From the NCBI GenBank assembly GCA_012862495.1, contig BLSG01000394.1:97856-133338 (forward strand): a stretch of DNA of 35,483 nucleotides, written 5' to 3'. The translations under genes and the position numbers were made by a program. The notes under the pieces were generated by a model. It searched no databases. It had not been told where the DNA came from and saw only the letters and a program-made list of their open reading frames with translations. The stretch is from Thraustochytrium aureum (taxonomy: Eukaryota). Shown piece by piece: positions 22,241 through 33,351 of this stretch (its first letter is position 1; every line of letters begins with the position of its first letter).

Positions 22241-22873
22241 ATGGCGAACGATATGCAGGAGGGCGGGGTCTCCAAAAAGCGCGACATCGGCACCGTAGCC
22301 AAGCAGGAGGTCCAAGTGACTGCGGCAGCTCCGGCAGCACCGTCAGACGAGGTGGACCAAGCGCTGGCAGAGGCGCTTGTGCAGCTGGCGGAAGAGACCG
22401 CAAGGCTAGCAGTGCCGCCCGTGTCGGACTTTCGCGTGGGGGCCGTGGCGCTCGGCGCGAGCGGCAGGCTATACGCTGGCGTCAACGTGGAGTTGCCAGG
22501 CCAGCCGTTGCAACAGACAATCCACGCCGAGCACTTTTGCATGGCAAGCGCATTCGCGAACGGCGACGAGACGGCGTTCAGGGCCGTCGGGGTCACCGCC
22601 GCGCCGTGCGGGCATTGCCGGCAAATGCTAGCAGAGACCCCAGCTGCAGCCAACCTCAAGGTGTGCCTGCGTGACCCGGCCGGCAAGGTGCACGTGCTGA
22701 GCCTCCTGGACGACCTGCTTCCGTGGGCTATTACCGCAGACCTTCTCCCGGACGCGGCGCAAGACAAGTCGGCTTGCGGGCTCACAGTCCAGCCCGTCCC
22801 CGAGGCAAGCGGCGGCGCGCGGGCCGCCGAGGCTGCGCAGGCGGCTTTCGAGCGCTCGCGGACGCCGTACTCG
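22241..22873 (+). CDS. cdd: Cytidine deaminase, homodimeric (E. coli/plant Cdd) type; 3' end in the N gap
   Basis: PVSDFRVGAV...GVNVE...IHAE...APCGHCRQ zinc motifs, then LLPWA and the start of the second pseudo-domain (AFERSRTPYS). Confidence 0.92.
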
Positions 22874-23943
22874 NNNNNNNNNNNNNNNNNNNNNNNNNNN
22901 NNNNNNNNNNNNNNNNNNNNNNNNNNNNNNNNNNNNNNNNNNNNNNNNNNNNNNNNNNNNNNNNNNNNNNNNNNNNNNNNNNNNNNNNNNNNNNNNNNNN
23001 NNNNNNNNNNNNNNNNNNNNNNNNNNNNNNNNNNNNNNNNNNNNNNNNNNNNNNNNNNNNNNNNNNNNNNNNNNNNNNNNNNNNNNNNNNNNNNNNNNNN
23101 NNNNNNNNNNNNNNNNNNNNNNNNNNNNNNNNNNNNNNNNNNNNNNNNNNNNNNNNNNNNNNNNNNNNNNNNNNNNNNNNNNNNNNNNNNNNNNNNNNNN
23201 NNNNNCAAGCTAGCTCTAGAGGTTTCGTGTGATGCAAACGAGCCGCTGCCGGGCCCGAGGAACGTGCGCCTGCCGCTCCTCGTCGAGCTGTTGGGGAAGA
23301 GCTGCCGCGAATCCGCAATGTGGACCCGCTGCGCTTGCGGGATGGGGCGCCGGCACTGGCATGCATGGATCGACATGCATCGCCAGGCATCCCCGAGAGC
23401 ATGAAGGCCGTGCCGCAAGGCCCGCGGCTGATGATGAATGAAGAATTGGTTTTTTTTCCTCCCCTTCCACGCGCCGCAACGGTCTGCTCGAACTCTTGAT
23501 TGAAGGCTGGTAGTCACGGTGGAACTTGCCGCCAAACAAGCTCAGCCCCCAGCTCCAGTGTTGCCAGCCAGTGCGCGCCGAGAGAGCGCGGGCAAGCCCA
23601 GGCTTTCACTCTCGGGGGAGAATGCGTGAAGATGGGGAAAAGAAATGTGCTCGCTGGAGGCTCCACCCTACAAAAGTAGGCCGGGAAGTATTGCTCCCCC
23701 GGGCCTTTCCATCCAACCGGCCCAGTCCAACCAAAGCCAAGCAGCAGACCAGCAACAGCAGCCGCGAAGCACAAGAAACGACGGCACACGCGACGCGCTG
23801 GCACCGGACTCAGTCATCTATCTCCAGCAGCGCCGCTGTGGTCCTCGGCGTGCGGGTGGAAAGAAAGCCTCGCGCAACAGCGGCCAGCTCGACACCACCT
23901 GGAGGTGAGCCGGTGCGACTCTGGACAGGTTGCTGCAGGCGCT

Positions 23944-24975
23944 ATGAAGGCGGCGTGGAGGGCGGCGTCTCTAGCGGCGCTCGCCTATGCGGTCGCGGTC
24001 GCACACATTGGGCTCCGAGAGGCTTTGCGCGACGCGGCAAGAGAAGCCTCCGCGACGCTGCACTTGGCCGTTGACGACGTCGCGGGCGAGCTAAGCCAAG
24101 AACAAGTGGAGCGGTTTCACAAGGACGGCTTTGTCATCGTGCGCGGCCTCCTGCCAGAGGAAACCGTCAAGGTGCTTTACGAGCACAGGCCGCGCTCGAT
24201 GTTTCCGCTCTGGCTCTGGCCCGTCGACATGCTGTTTGGGTACCTGAGCTCCTCCAAGGTCTCTATCGACGCGATCTGGGCCGAGAGCTCGCTTTTCAGA
24301 CGGTTCTGGTTCGAAGGACCCGTCCCGCGCGCAGTGTCCCAGCTGATGCAAGACAGGCCGGTCCGCCTTTTGACCGACATTGTGTACGGGATCCCTAAAG
24401 GGTCGCGCCCCACATTCCTCGGCAAGTGGCACAAGGACAGCACGAGCTTTGACATTGTGGAGCGCGAGTCGGCGCACGCAATCAGCGCATGGATCCCGCT
24501 GGTGGACATTCACGCCGAGACGAGCGGCGGGTCCATCTTCATGGGCAACATGTCAGTCGTGCGCCCCGACTGCCAAGCGCAACCGGACGACGACTGCTCG
24601 GCCGAGTGCATGGACCACTTGGACGACGTAGCGTTCGTGGCGAGCTTTCGGCGCGGCGACGTCTTGCTCTTCACGGACCAGACCTTCCACAGGTCGCAGC
24701 CGCTGGGCAACGAGGCGCTCGTGTCGGATCGATTCTCGCTGGTGGGCCGCTTCGTGCAAGGCGACGCCGTTTACGCCAACTCGGCTTCGCTCGAAAAGCA
24801 GCGCAAGAATTTCTGCAACCACGGGCTCGGTCCTGGCGACCTCATCCACACGCCTTGCTTTCCGCAGGTCTTTCCGCGTGTTGGCGTCAACACGACCGCC
24901 TTGACGCTGCCGGGCGGAGGCGCACACGTCCTTGCGAACGTGGTGGACAACGTGCGCTATGCGCTGGGCTTGTAG
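23944..24975 (+). CDS. PhyH-family Fe(II)/2-oxoglutarate dioxygenase with an N-terminal hydrophobic leader
   Basis: LSQEQVERFHKDGFVIVRGLL, WHKD (H-x-D), SAWIPLVD and GDVLLFTDQTFHRS (distal His), with a downstream Arg in DRFS. Confidence 0.9.
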   Translation: MKAAWRAASLAALAYAVAVAHIGLREALRDAAREASATLHLAVDDVAGELSQEQVERFHKDGFVIVRGLLPEETVKVLYEHRPRSMFPLWLWPVDMLFGYLSSSKVSIDAIWAESSLFRRFWFEGPVPRAVSQLMQDRPVRLLTDIVYGIPKGSRPTFLGKWHKDSTSFDIVERESAHAISAWIPLVDIHAETSGGSIFMGNMSVVRPDCQAQPDDDCSAECMDHLDDVAFVASFRRGDVLLFTDQTFHRSQPLGNEALVSDRFSLVGRFVQGDAVYANSASLEKQRKNFCNHGLGPGDLIHTPCFPQVFPRVGVNTTALTLPGGGAHVLANVVDNVRYALGL

Positions 24976-25433
24976 CGCGTGCGCCCGCTACCCCGTCTCC
25001 TTTAGAATATCTATTTCAGTACTTGAGCCGTGCGGGCCCGCCCGACCGCCCGCCCGCCGGTGCGTCTTTCTCCGAGTACAACCCCTATTGCCGCCTTCGG
25101 TTGGCCTCTTGGCGGAGGCAGCCGTATGTAATTGCAACTTATTTGTAGTGTCTGTCTTTGATATCTTCTGCCCGCGCCGGCCGCGGCCGACGCGGGGGTG
25201 CTGCTGCTTTTGCTGATCGATTGATTAGTTACGAGTCGCTGTCGACAAGCGTCACAAGACAAGCGAGTTTGCGAGGTTGGGCCACGGCCAAGCCGGGCGT
25301 CACTGCCAGCGCGTCGAACGGCGAGCAGCGCAGTCCGAGATGCGAATGAGACGGGAAAGCAGCACCTCCGACTGGACGAGCCGAACGCGAACCACAGTCT
25401 GCGCCGGCCCCGCACAAGGCGATAGCATGCGCG

Positions 25434-27132
25434 CTAGTCGTTGCGGTTGGCGAGCGGGGGCCGGGGGCGGGGCACCGCGGGCGCCGCCTTTTTCGGGGTC
25501 TTGCCTAGAGGGCGGCCCACGTCTTCCTTGCTCGCCTTGGCGCGCACCCTGAGCTGCTTCTCCTCCTCGAGCTTTTCTTGGTGCTCCGCCTCGTTGGCAT
25601 CGAGCGTCTCTACAAAGCGCTTTCCGTTGAGGAGGACGGACCGTGCTCGCTCTCGTACTCAGCCACGCTCTGCTTGATCTTTTCGATGACGCGCGGGATC
25701 CCCTTGGTGACACGCTGACGCTGCTGCTCCTCGTCGCGGAGCAGCGTGCCGCTGCGCCTGCTGAGCAGCCGGCTGCTGTCCTTGATCTTCTCTTCGTACT
25801 CGACGCGCTCCTCGCACAACTCAAAGACTTTTCGATGCTCTTGAGAATCGGCCGGTACAGACCGGCCTGCATGCTGAGGATGGCGATCTCCTCCTCGTGG
25901 GCCTCCAAGGTGGCCTCGCAAACGGGGCCCATCATCTGCGACTGCGTGAACACCTCCCGCTGCTCGTCATCAAACTGCATCTCGTCCCAGAGAGCGACAA
26001 TCTTGTCCTGGGCCTCCCGGATTAGGTCGCCCATGCGCTCGTCCTTGAGGGCAAGCATGCGATCCCTCTCCTGAATGCAGTGCTCGATGATGTGCAACCC
26101 GAGGCCACAGTTCTCCATGAAAAACTGATCCCGCTCCTCCTTGCCGACGCCAAGCTTGTCCCAGAGCGGGATGATGACGTTGCCGAGCTGCTCGAGCTGC
26201 TTTGTGCGACGCAACTTTTCGGTGCTCATCTCGATCGTGCGCCTCTCCAAGGTCGCGACAGCGTCTGTGCTGACTCCCCAGCGCCTCGCCGCCCTCCACA
26301 ATCGCACGGTCCAGCTCGGACGTCGGCTCGTGCTCGAGCTCCTCAAACAGGGTGACAAGGTCGGTCATCTTCTCCTGCAGCTCGGCGATGCGAAGGGTGC
26401 GCTCGTGCTGGGCTTGCACCAGCCGGGCATGGTACTCCTCGATGCCCTCCTCGGTGAGAAAGTCTTCCGGGACAGGAACTGCGTCTCCGCGGCGTGGCCG
26501 GTCTCGTCCCAGATCTCGACGAGCTTGTTGCTCATCTCGGTCAGCCGCGCCATGCGCTCTTCTTTGACTGCGTGAAACTGGACCAGGTGGCTTCGCAGCC
26601 ACGTCAGCCTGAGCATCAGGTTGCCACTGTCCCCGTGCTGAAAGTACTGCCGCTCCATGCCCAGTTGCAAAGAGCACTCGTCGATCTCGCGCTCTAGGGA
26701 CTCGGCCGCATTGAAGTACTCGTCGCGCAGGGCGTGCTCGTCCGCCACCTTTTGCAAAAACACGTTCTCGACGGCTTCAACCAGCGAGCTCAGCTGCCTC
26801 GTGCGCTCTTCTTCAGAGAGGCCCATTTCGTCCCACACCGCGTGAAGCTTGCTCGTTGTGTCGCGGGACAGATCCTCCAGTTGCTTGAGCTCGACGGCAG
26901 AAATCGCCGCGTTCGGCTGGCCCGGTGCGCGCGGCGGCTCGTCCGCGGCGGTCTCCGGCGCCCGGCCAGCGCCCCGTCGCCCAGAGGACCCCTCAGACCC
27001 ATTCGAGGATCGGCCCGCGTCCTCGCCCCGAGCAGAGCCGCTGTTCGCCCGGTCCGCGGCGCCCTCTGCTCGGTCGCTGCCGAGAGAGCTCGGGGGCGTC
27101 CGAGGCAACTCGTCCCTCACCAGGTCGCTCAT
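25434..27132 (-). CDS. Microtubule cross-linker of the MAP65/Ase1/PRC1 family; about 4 frameshifts (near 26473, 26277, 25827, 25636)
   Basis: Repeated LHAVWDEMG / LVEIWDETG / PLWDKLGV / ALWDEMQF helices, DSSRLLSRRSGTLLRDEE, GIPRVIEKIK...YESEHGPFLLNG and a basic C-terminal tail; ATG at 27132, TAG at 25434. Confidence 0.9.
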
Positions 27133-29306
27133 CTCTACCGCCGCCACCAGGACTGCGCCAACGCACCGCACGAGCAGCTCGTATGTGTCCCTGCGCCGCT
27201 GCCGCCCGACTGCCTTCGAGCGCGCTGTGCCACCTGTTCAGCTCTTCTCCGCGCGTGGACCGCGTCTCGTTGCGGCTCTGTTTCGAGCGCGAACGGTTGT
27301 CAGCGGAACAAACGCAAACTGCANNNNNNNNNNNNNNNNNNNNNNNNNNNNNNNNNNNNNNNNNNNNNNNNNNNNNNNNNNNNNNNNNNNNNNNNNNNNN
27401 NNNNNNNNNNNNNNNNNNNNNNNNNNNNNNNNNNNNNNNNNNNNNNNNNNNNNNNNNNNNCGAACGGTTGTCAGCGGAACAAACGCAAACTGCACGCACG
27501 GACGTTCGCGCGGCGCCGCCCTGGGCTCGCACGCACGAGGCAGGCTGGCAGGCTGGCTGGCTGGCTACTGCTCTTGGCTGCTGCTGCTGCTGCTGCGCGA
27601 ACGAGCAAGCAAGCGCGTCCCGAGGCGTGATTGTGGGGCCCCGCCGTGCTTGGTCGATCGGTGAGGAGTGCCGCCCGTTGACCACCGCCTGCGAGCGTTT
27701 CCCGCGGTGGGCTATTGTCGATCACATCGTCGGTGGGTGCCTGTGAAGAAAGGAAGGGTCGTTCGTGCATGTGGCGGTTGTCGCTTGGCGCCGCCGCCAA
27801 CGGGCGACGCAACCACCGCCTGCCTGCCTGCCTGCCTGCCTCGCTCTGCGCCGGCTCGACTCGAACGGCAAGAGCACGTAGGAGCCTTGGTAGGAGTAGT
27901 TCATCACGCGGCGAGCCGTCTGCCATGTGCGGGCCCGCACAGCCTCGGCGTGGTGGTGGGGGGTGGGGCGGTGGGAGAACGCGGTGGGAGAAGGCGGCGC
28001 CGCCGAACACGCCCCGCGACCCGGTCGGCCCCGCGCGCCAGCGACAAAGCAAGAGCACGATTTCGGACGATCCTCCTCATGGCCGACGCGGGGCCACGCA
28101 CGGGCTGTCCGCTCCCAGTCCCGGAGGGCGGGCGGGCGGGCAGCAGCAGGTGGCGAGCGCGCGTCCATCCTCCTCGCACTTTTCGCCCCCTCCCTGGCCG
28201 CGTTTGCACCACGGGGAAAACGGCTACGCGCACTTTTTGAAAGGGTTCCGCTCAAGCGGAACGCACTGCTGCAAGAACCATTCCTTTTGCGCAGAACCGT
28301 CGGCCGCGGCTGTGGACGATTTTCTTTCGATCTTCAAGATCAAAAAATCTTTTTGCGGCTCGAGCACCGGTAGCCTACTAGTAACGGAGTCGAGTTGCGC
28401 GCGAAGGAAGGGCGCCTTCCTGCTCGAGGCTCTGCCGCGTCCCGGCCCGCTCTGCCTGTGCTGGGCTCTTTGCTCGGCGCAGCGTTGCGGAGGAGACGCG
28501 AAACGCAGGGAGGCTTGTGCTCCGAGCGCCGAGGCCGATGCGGTGGCAGGACATCCGCAGCGGATTAGGCTTTCTAGTGGCGGCGACGAGGTGCCCGAAA
28601 GAGCCTCCTCTGTCGTCTGCCGTGATCGCTCTTGCTTGAGAACGGCGTCGCAAGCACCGGGCTGCCGCAAAGGACAGCAGCAAGCGAAGATGAGAAGCCA
28701 AGGCGAGTGGTGGTGGTGGGCCACAGCGCGTGGCATTGGCTTGCGTCTGGAAACTGCTGGAGGCCAGCGCGAGGTCGCGGGGCGCATGACTGTGAGCAGA
28801 TACGTACGTAGAGTAGGCAGTCGATGGTCAGCCCGCTCTGTTCTGTTTCAATGAAAATGCTTTTATTTCTTGATNNNNNNNNNNNNNNNNNNNNNNNNNN
28901 NNNNNNNNNNNNNNNNNNNNNNNNNNNNNNNNNNNNNNNNNNNNNNNNNNNNNNNNNNNNNNNNNNNNNNNNNNNNNNNNNNNNNNNNNNNNNNNNNNNN
29001 NNNNNNNNNNNNNNNNNNNNNNNNNNNNNGATCAATCAAACAAAAAAAGACTGTCGGGCAATGGCTTGGCAGCTGTCGGCAGCCCCCTTTCGCAAACTTG
29101 GGTTCTGCCCGCAAAAGCTCGAGAGCGCCGGGCGCAGCGCTACGTGCCAGGATCTCTTGCTGGCTGACGTTGGTTCTTTCGCCACGCCCAATCGCTGGCC
29201 TTTCAGCGTAGCTGGCAGTCCAGTTCTTCGTGGCAGCTCGCTCCACACTTTTCACATAACCGCGCCGCGTTCGCCTACGCGTGTGCTGTGACGCGGGCAG
29301 AGTGCC

Positions 29307-29870
29307 TCACGGCTGCGCTCCCTCGGCGATGGCGGCAGCGGCAGGCGATGGCGCATGGGCCCACTGGCCCGTAAAGTCTTGCTCGAACATAAGGTAGTGC
29401 GACTGCTTCATGCCGAGCTTCGAGTACGTGGCCTTGGCGCCGTCGTTATCGTGTTCCACATAAAGGCGAATCGATCGGTGCCGCCTCGGCGGCCTCGGCG
29501 CGGCGCTTGACCTCCTCGTAAATCGAGCGGAAAATACCCTTGGCCCCGGCACTCGGGCTCCACGAACACGCTCTGCACCCACCAGTAGTCCCTCGCTTGC
29601 CAATCGCTCCACTCGAACGTGACCAGGCAGCTTCCGATGATGCGACCGTCGCGCTCTGCCACAAGGTAAAATCCCTTGGACGCGGGCGAGCCCGGTGCGT
29701 GCTCGAGCACGCGCTGGACGCCGCGCCGCACGACGCCCTCGTCAAGCTTCCACTGCTCGGTCACCCACGCAATCTGCACGTTGAACCGCACGAGCACCTC
29801 CGAGGTCCTCCGGCCCGCCGCACCGCACATCAACGTTGCCACCGCCAGCCGAGGCGGCCACGTCGGCCAT
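29307..29870 (-). CDS. GNAT-family N-acetyltransferase; 3 frameshifts (near 29800, 29538, 29478)
   Basis: Stitched reading: VLVRFNVQIAWVTE...GFYLVAE...VTFEWSDWQARDYWWVQSVFVEPECRGQGIFRSIY...IRLYVEHDNDGAKATYSKLGM; acetyl-CoA motif A is RGQG. Confidence 0.9.
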
Positions 29871-30162
29871 GCCTGCCAACAAATCCTACTGGCCAACGAA
29901 GCTCAAATCCGCTCGTTTCAGCAAACGCCGAGGGACTGGCTAAGCGCAGCGGCAAGACGAAGCGCCTCGCGAGTCGGCTGGCTGAGCTGCCGCGGGCGCT
30001 GCGCGATCGGCTGGCAGTGCCACAAGCCGTCCGGGGACTGCGCAACGCGAGTCCTTGGTCGGATCGTGCTTGCTCCTCGCTGCGAAGCCCCGGCGTTTTT
30101 TGTTCTACTAGCTATAGGGTTGCTGGTTGCGCTGCGCTCGAGGAAAGGCTCGAGGAAAGGCT

Positions 30163-33120
30163 CTAGGTGGCCGGCGCCGCCGTGGAGGGCGAGCTGGAGA
30201 CTGCCTGGCGTACAATATCCGCGATCGGCGCGCCGCGGTTCGCGTCCTTCTTGGCGACGGCCTGCCAGCGCTCGCCGTGCCGCGGAGCAGCTTGCACACA
30301 CCGGTCCAAGACCGCCTGAGCGGCTTCACTGTTGCCCATTACCTGCGATTGGTACTCGTACAGCGCGAGCCAGGCGTCGCCGTTGTCTGGGTGAGAGGCG
30401 ACTGCCATTTCGAACCAACGCAGCGCGCCCTTGCGCTTGCGTTCGCGAATCATAAAGCGCGCAAGCGCTACAAGAACATACGGATCCGAGTTGCAGTGCT
30501 GCAGCGCATCAGCGCTCCGAGACTTTTGCTCAGGCCTTGGCGCCAGCTCGATTGCGAGCGCCCAAATGCGCCCGGCCTTTGGGCACTCCTGCAGCGCCTT
30601 GGACAAGAGCGCTTGCGCCATGGAAATCTGGCCGGCGCGCTGCTCGAGGCGAATCGCCTCTGCCCACAGGTCAACGTTTGCCGGACACTTGTGGCGCGCA
30701 ACCTCGAGCACGGACCGCGCCTTGACAGCCCCAACGTGCGCCTCCTCGAGGCGCGCGGCCAAGACCCAAAGCGTAGCGCTCTCCGAGCAAGCCTTTAGCC
30801 CACGCAGGAAAATGGCTCGCGCAGCCGCGACAGCGTCGAGGGCGGGCGGCTGCTCAAGAGCAAAGTCCACTTCAAGCTGACCGGCCATCATCCAGAGCTT
30901 TGGCGCGCCAGGGAAGCGCTCGCAAGCAACCTCGAGCAGGCGGCGCACCACCGCGACCTGGGCCGAAAAGGCGCCCGTGCCGCGCTGGAGGCGTGACAGC
31001 TCGGCGCGCTCCAGCAGGGCCGACTTGAGAAACACTGCTGGCGTTGAACAGTTCTGGCGCGCTTTTTGCAGGAGGGCGCGCGCCCTATCGAGTTGGCCAG
31101 ACTCCCACTCGAGCTTGACGGCAGCGAGCCAAACCCGTTCAGAATTGTGGCCCGCCTCGAACGCGCGCGCAAGGAACGAGCGCGCCCCCTCGGTGTCGCC
31201 GAGCGTCTTCCAAGTCTCCTTGGCTGCCATGAGCCAGAAAAGCTCTGCCTCTGGGCACTTGGCCACGGCGTGCTGGAGCAGGCGCTGCATTGGCGCTTTG
31301 CCGCCGTGCTTGCTCTCGAAGGCAATTGCTCGCAGCAGGACCTGCTTGTTGCCCGGAAATCGCGCCACGCTTTCCGCATGCAGGGCTCGTGCTGTCTCCA
31401 AAAATCCGCCCTCGGAGCAGAGGGCCGCGTCGTCGGCCCACGTGCGGGCCCAGTCGACCTCCTCAAGGCCGAGGGTGAGCGTGCTGTGCACGATCGCCCG
31501 ACACGTGTAGAGCGAGCCGTCCCGCTCGGCTGATTTGGCAAGCGTAGTCCAGGCGTCCCGGTCCACGAGCATGTTGTCTGCACTGGAGAGCGCCTCGACC
31601 GCCTTGTTCATGATCGCGTTGAGCTTGGCAGCAAGCTTGGCCTCCAGCTGCTGGCAGAGCTGGGCAGCGTCGCTACTGGAGCCCCCGGCTGCGGCGTCCA
31701 GCGCTGGGTCGCGGTTGGCCTCCTCCAAGGCGCAGGCCGCTACCCAAATCCGTGGCTCGGCAGGGTTGACTTTGCGGGCCTTGTTCAGCGCGCGCTTGGC
31801 TTGATCGTAGTCTTCGAGGCGCGCCAGCGCGAGCCACATATCGATCGAGTGCGGGACGCACTCGACGGCTCGGGCCAGCATTGCATGCGCGTCAACTTGG
31901 CTCTCCTCGAGCTCGACGAGGGCCATCCAGAGGCGCTCCGAATTGGGGATGGCCTCGAGGGCCCGGCGGAAGACGCGCTTTTTGCGCTCCGGGTCTGCGC
32001 TCTCAAGGTCGGCGGCAGCCTGCCAGATGCGCACCGAGCCGGGGAGCTCCTGCACAGCCCTTTCCAGGAGCACCTTGGCATTCGCGGGCGTGTTGAGCCG
32101 GGCCGCTTCAACCCAGACATCTTCGCTTTTCGGGCACGCGGCGCAGCCGTCACGGATCAAGGCACGTGCCTCAACGAGCTGGCCGGCCACCTCTTCCAGA
32201 CGCGCCGCGGCGATCCAGCCGGGAGCGTGGCCCGGGTTGGTAGTCGTGACGGACCTGAGGAGCAAGCGCGCCTTGCGAATGTCGCCGACCTGCGTCAAGC
32301 TGGCAGAGGCGTCCGCGCCGGCCATGCTCGACAGGTAGCGGTCCGCATCGACGGACGGCGCGGCGGCCCCCCTGGTGTCCGCGTCGAGGCGGTCGCGGAT
32401 GATCCTGCCGCGCTCGATGTTGAGAGAGCTCTGCAACAGCGCTCCGCCCTCGGTCGACTGCGCGGCGCGGCTGGAGAGGATGATGGCGTCCGAAACCGGC
32501 ACGAGCGTGTCCTGGCGCTTGTGCGCCCGGATCCCGGTCGAGGCTTCGGGCAGCGCGTCCCACTCCTCGTACGACACCGACTTTAGCTGCTGCTTCAAGT
32601 CTGCAAACTGGTCCGCGGCGCGCAGCTTGGACCGGCTCCCGTCCTCCCGGTCCCGGTCCTCGCGGCGCTCGCGCCTGCGCTTGCCGCGCTCTCGCATGCG
32701 CTCTTCGACAGCATCCCATACGCGGTCTGCCTCGCGGTCCACGTCGTCATAGGCGCCAGACGCAAACAGGCTCCCCGAGAACCCGGCAAACGCGTCAAAG
32801 TTGCCGTCCCCAAAGTTGCCCTTGTCCGTGTTGACGCTCGCCGCGGACGGCTTGGTTTCGCCAAACCCGCCCGACCCGCGCCCGGCCCCGGCCACGTAGC
32901 CCTTGGGAGCCTGTCCGAAGTTGGTCCTCGCCGCGAGCGCCGGCACGCCTGCGCCGCGTCCTGCGCCGCGGCCGAGGCCGCGCCCGGCGCCAGCGTCAGA
33001 GAGCGGGCCGAGGTCTCCGCGAGTGGTGAACCCCACGGCGCCGCGTCCCAGCCCTGCCACATAGTCCCGGGGCGCCTGCGACCGGCTGAACGTGCGTGGC
33101 GCCTGCCGCTTGTGCGACAT
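30163..33120 (-). CDS. PRP6: Pre-mRNA splicing factor PRP6 (U5-102K; PRP1_N domain plus HAT/TPR repeats), 985 aa, intronless
   Basis: APRDYVAGLGRGAVGFTTRGDLGP, QFADLK, GDIRKARLLLRSVTTTNPGHAPGWIAAARLEE, many HAT repeats, DNGDAW and PRHGERWQAVAK. Confidence 0.97.
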   Translation of the reverse strand: MSHKRQAPRTFSRSQAPRDYVAGLGRGAVGFTTRGDLGPLSDAGAGRGLGRGAGRGAGVPALAARTNFGQAPKGYVAGAGRGSGGFGETKPSAASVNTDKGNFGDGNFDAFAGFSGSLFASGAYDDVDREADRVWDAVEERMRERGKRRRERREDRDREDGSRSKLRAADQFADLKQQLKSVSYEEWDALPEASTGIRAHKRQDTLVPVSDAIILSSRAAQSTEGGALLQSSLNIERGRIIRDRLDADTRGAAAPSVDADRYLSSMAGADASASLTQVGDIRKARLLLRSVTTTNPGHAPGWIAAARLEEVAGQLVEARALIRDGCAACPKSEDVWVEAARLNTPANAKVLLERAVQELPGSVRIWQAAADLESADPERKKRVFRRALEAIPNSERLWMALVELEESQVDAHAMLARAVECVPHSIDMWLALARLEDYDQAKRALNKARKVNPAEPRIWVAACALEEANRDPALDAAAGGSSSDAAQLCQQLEAKLAAKLNAIMNKAVEALSSADNMLVDRDAWTTLAKSAERDGSLYTCRAIVHSTLTLGLEEVDWARTWADDAALCSEGGFLETARALHAESVARFPGNKQVLLRAIAFESKHGGKAPMQRLLQHAVAKCPEAELFWLMAAKETWKTLGDTEGARSFLARAFEAGHNSERVWLAAVKLEWESGQLDRARALLQKARQNCSTPAVFLKSALLERAELSRLQRGTGAFSAQVAVVRRLLEVACERFPGAPKLWMMAGQLEVDFALEQPPALDAVAAARAIFLRGLKACSESATLWVLAARLEEAHVGAVKARSVLEVARHKCPANVDLWAEAIRLEQRAGQISMAQALLSKALQECPKAGRIWALAIELAPRPEQKSRSADALQHCNSDPYVLVALARFMIRERKRKGALRWFEMAVASHPDNGDAWLALYEYQSQVMGNSEAAQAVLDRCVQAAPRHGERWQAVAKKDANRGAPIADIVRQAVSSSPSTAAPAT

Positions 33121-33186
33121 CGTTGCAGCTCTGCGCGGCGCGAACCAAGCTTACTCGAGGTAGCAGTTGCCCTGCAAATACCTGTT

Positions 33187-33351
33187 CACGTCACAGAGGT
33201 CACCAAACTGACGAAGCTCCGGTGGCACGAACAGCCGCACGTCACAGAGGTCAGCAAAATGACGAAGCCCTGGTGGCACGAACAACTTCACGTCACAGAG
33301 GTTCCAAAATGACGAAGCTCTGGTGGCACGAACATCTTCGCGTCACAGAGG
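33187..33351. repeat. Tandem minisatellite: 3 units of 51/51/50 bp plus a partial fourth
   Basis: Units start at 33187, 33238, 33289 and 33339; consensus approximately CACGTCACAGAGGTCASCAAAATGACGAAGCTCTGGTGGCACGAACAnCTT. Confidence 0.95.

Noticed and set aside
23206..23404. Continuation of cytidine deaminase after the gap
   Set aside because: The translation shows no similarity to the Cdd C-terminal domain; the frame joining through Ns is arbitrary.
25434..27132. Pseudogene calls for MAP65, ADH, aroC and asparaginase
   Set aside because: They carry only 1-nt homopolymer-type indels, with no nonsense codons and with conserved motifs on both sides of each shift.
27290..27494. 34-bp direct repeat flanking an N gap (possible TSD or LTR)
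   Set aside because: The identical sequence abuts both gap edges (27290-27323 and 27461-27494). This is typical of unmerged overlapping contig ends, so an assembly artefact is most likely.
33187..33351. CRISPR array or coding repeat (HVTEVxKxTKxWWHEQ)
   Set aside because: The units are similar along their whole length, with no unique spacers and no cas genes. The third unit is 50 bp, which breaks the frame, and there is no convincing start.
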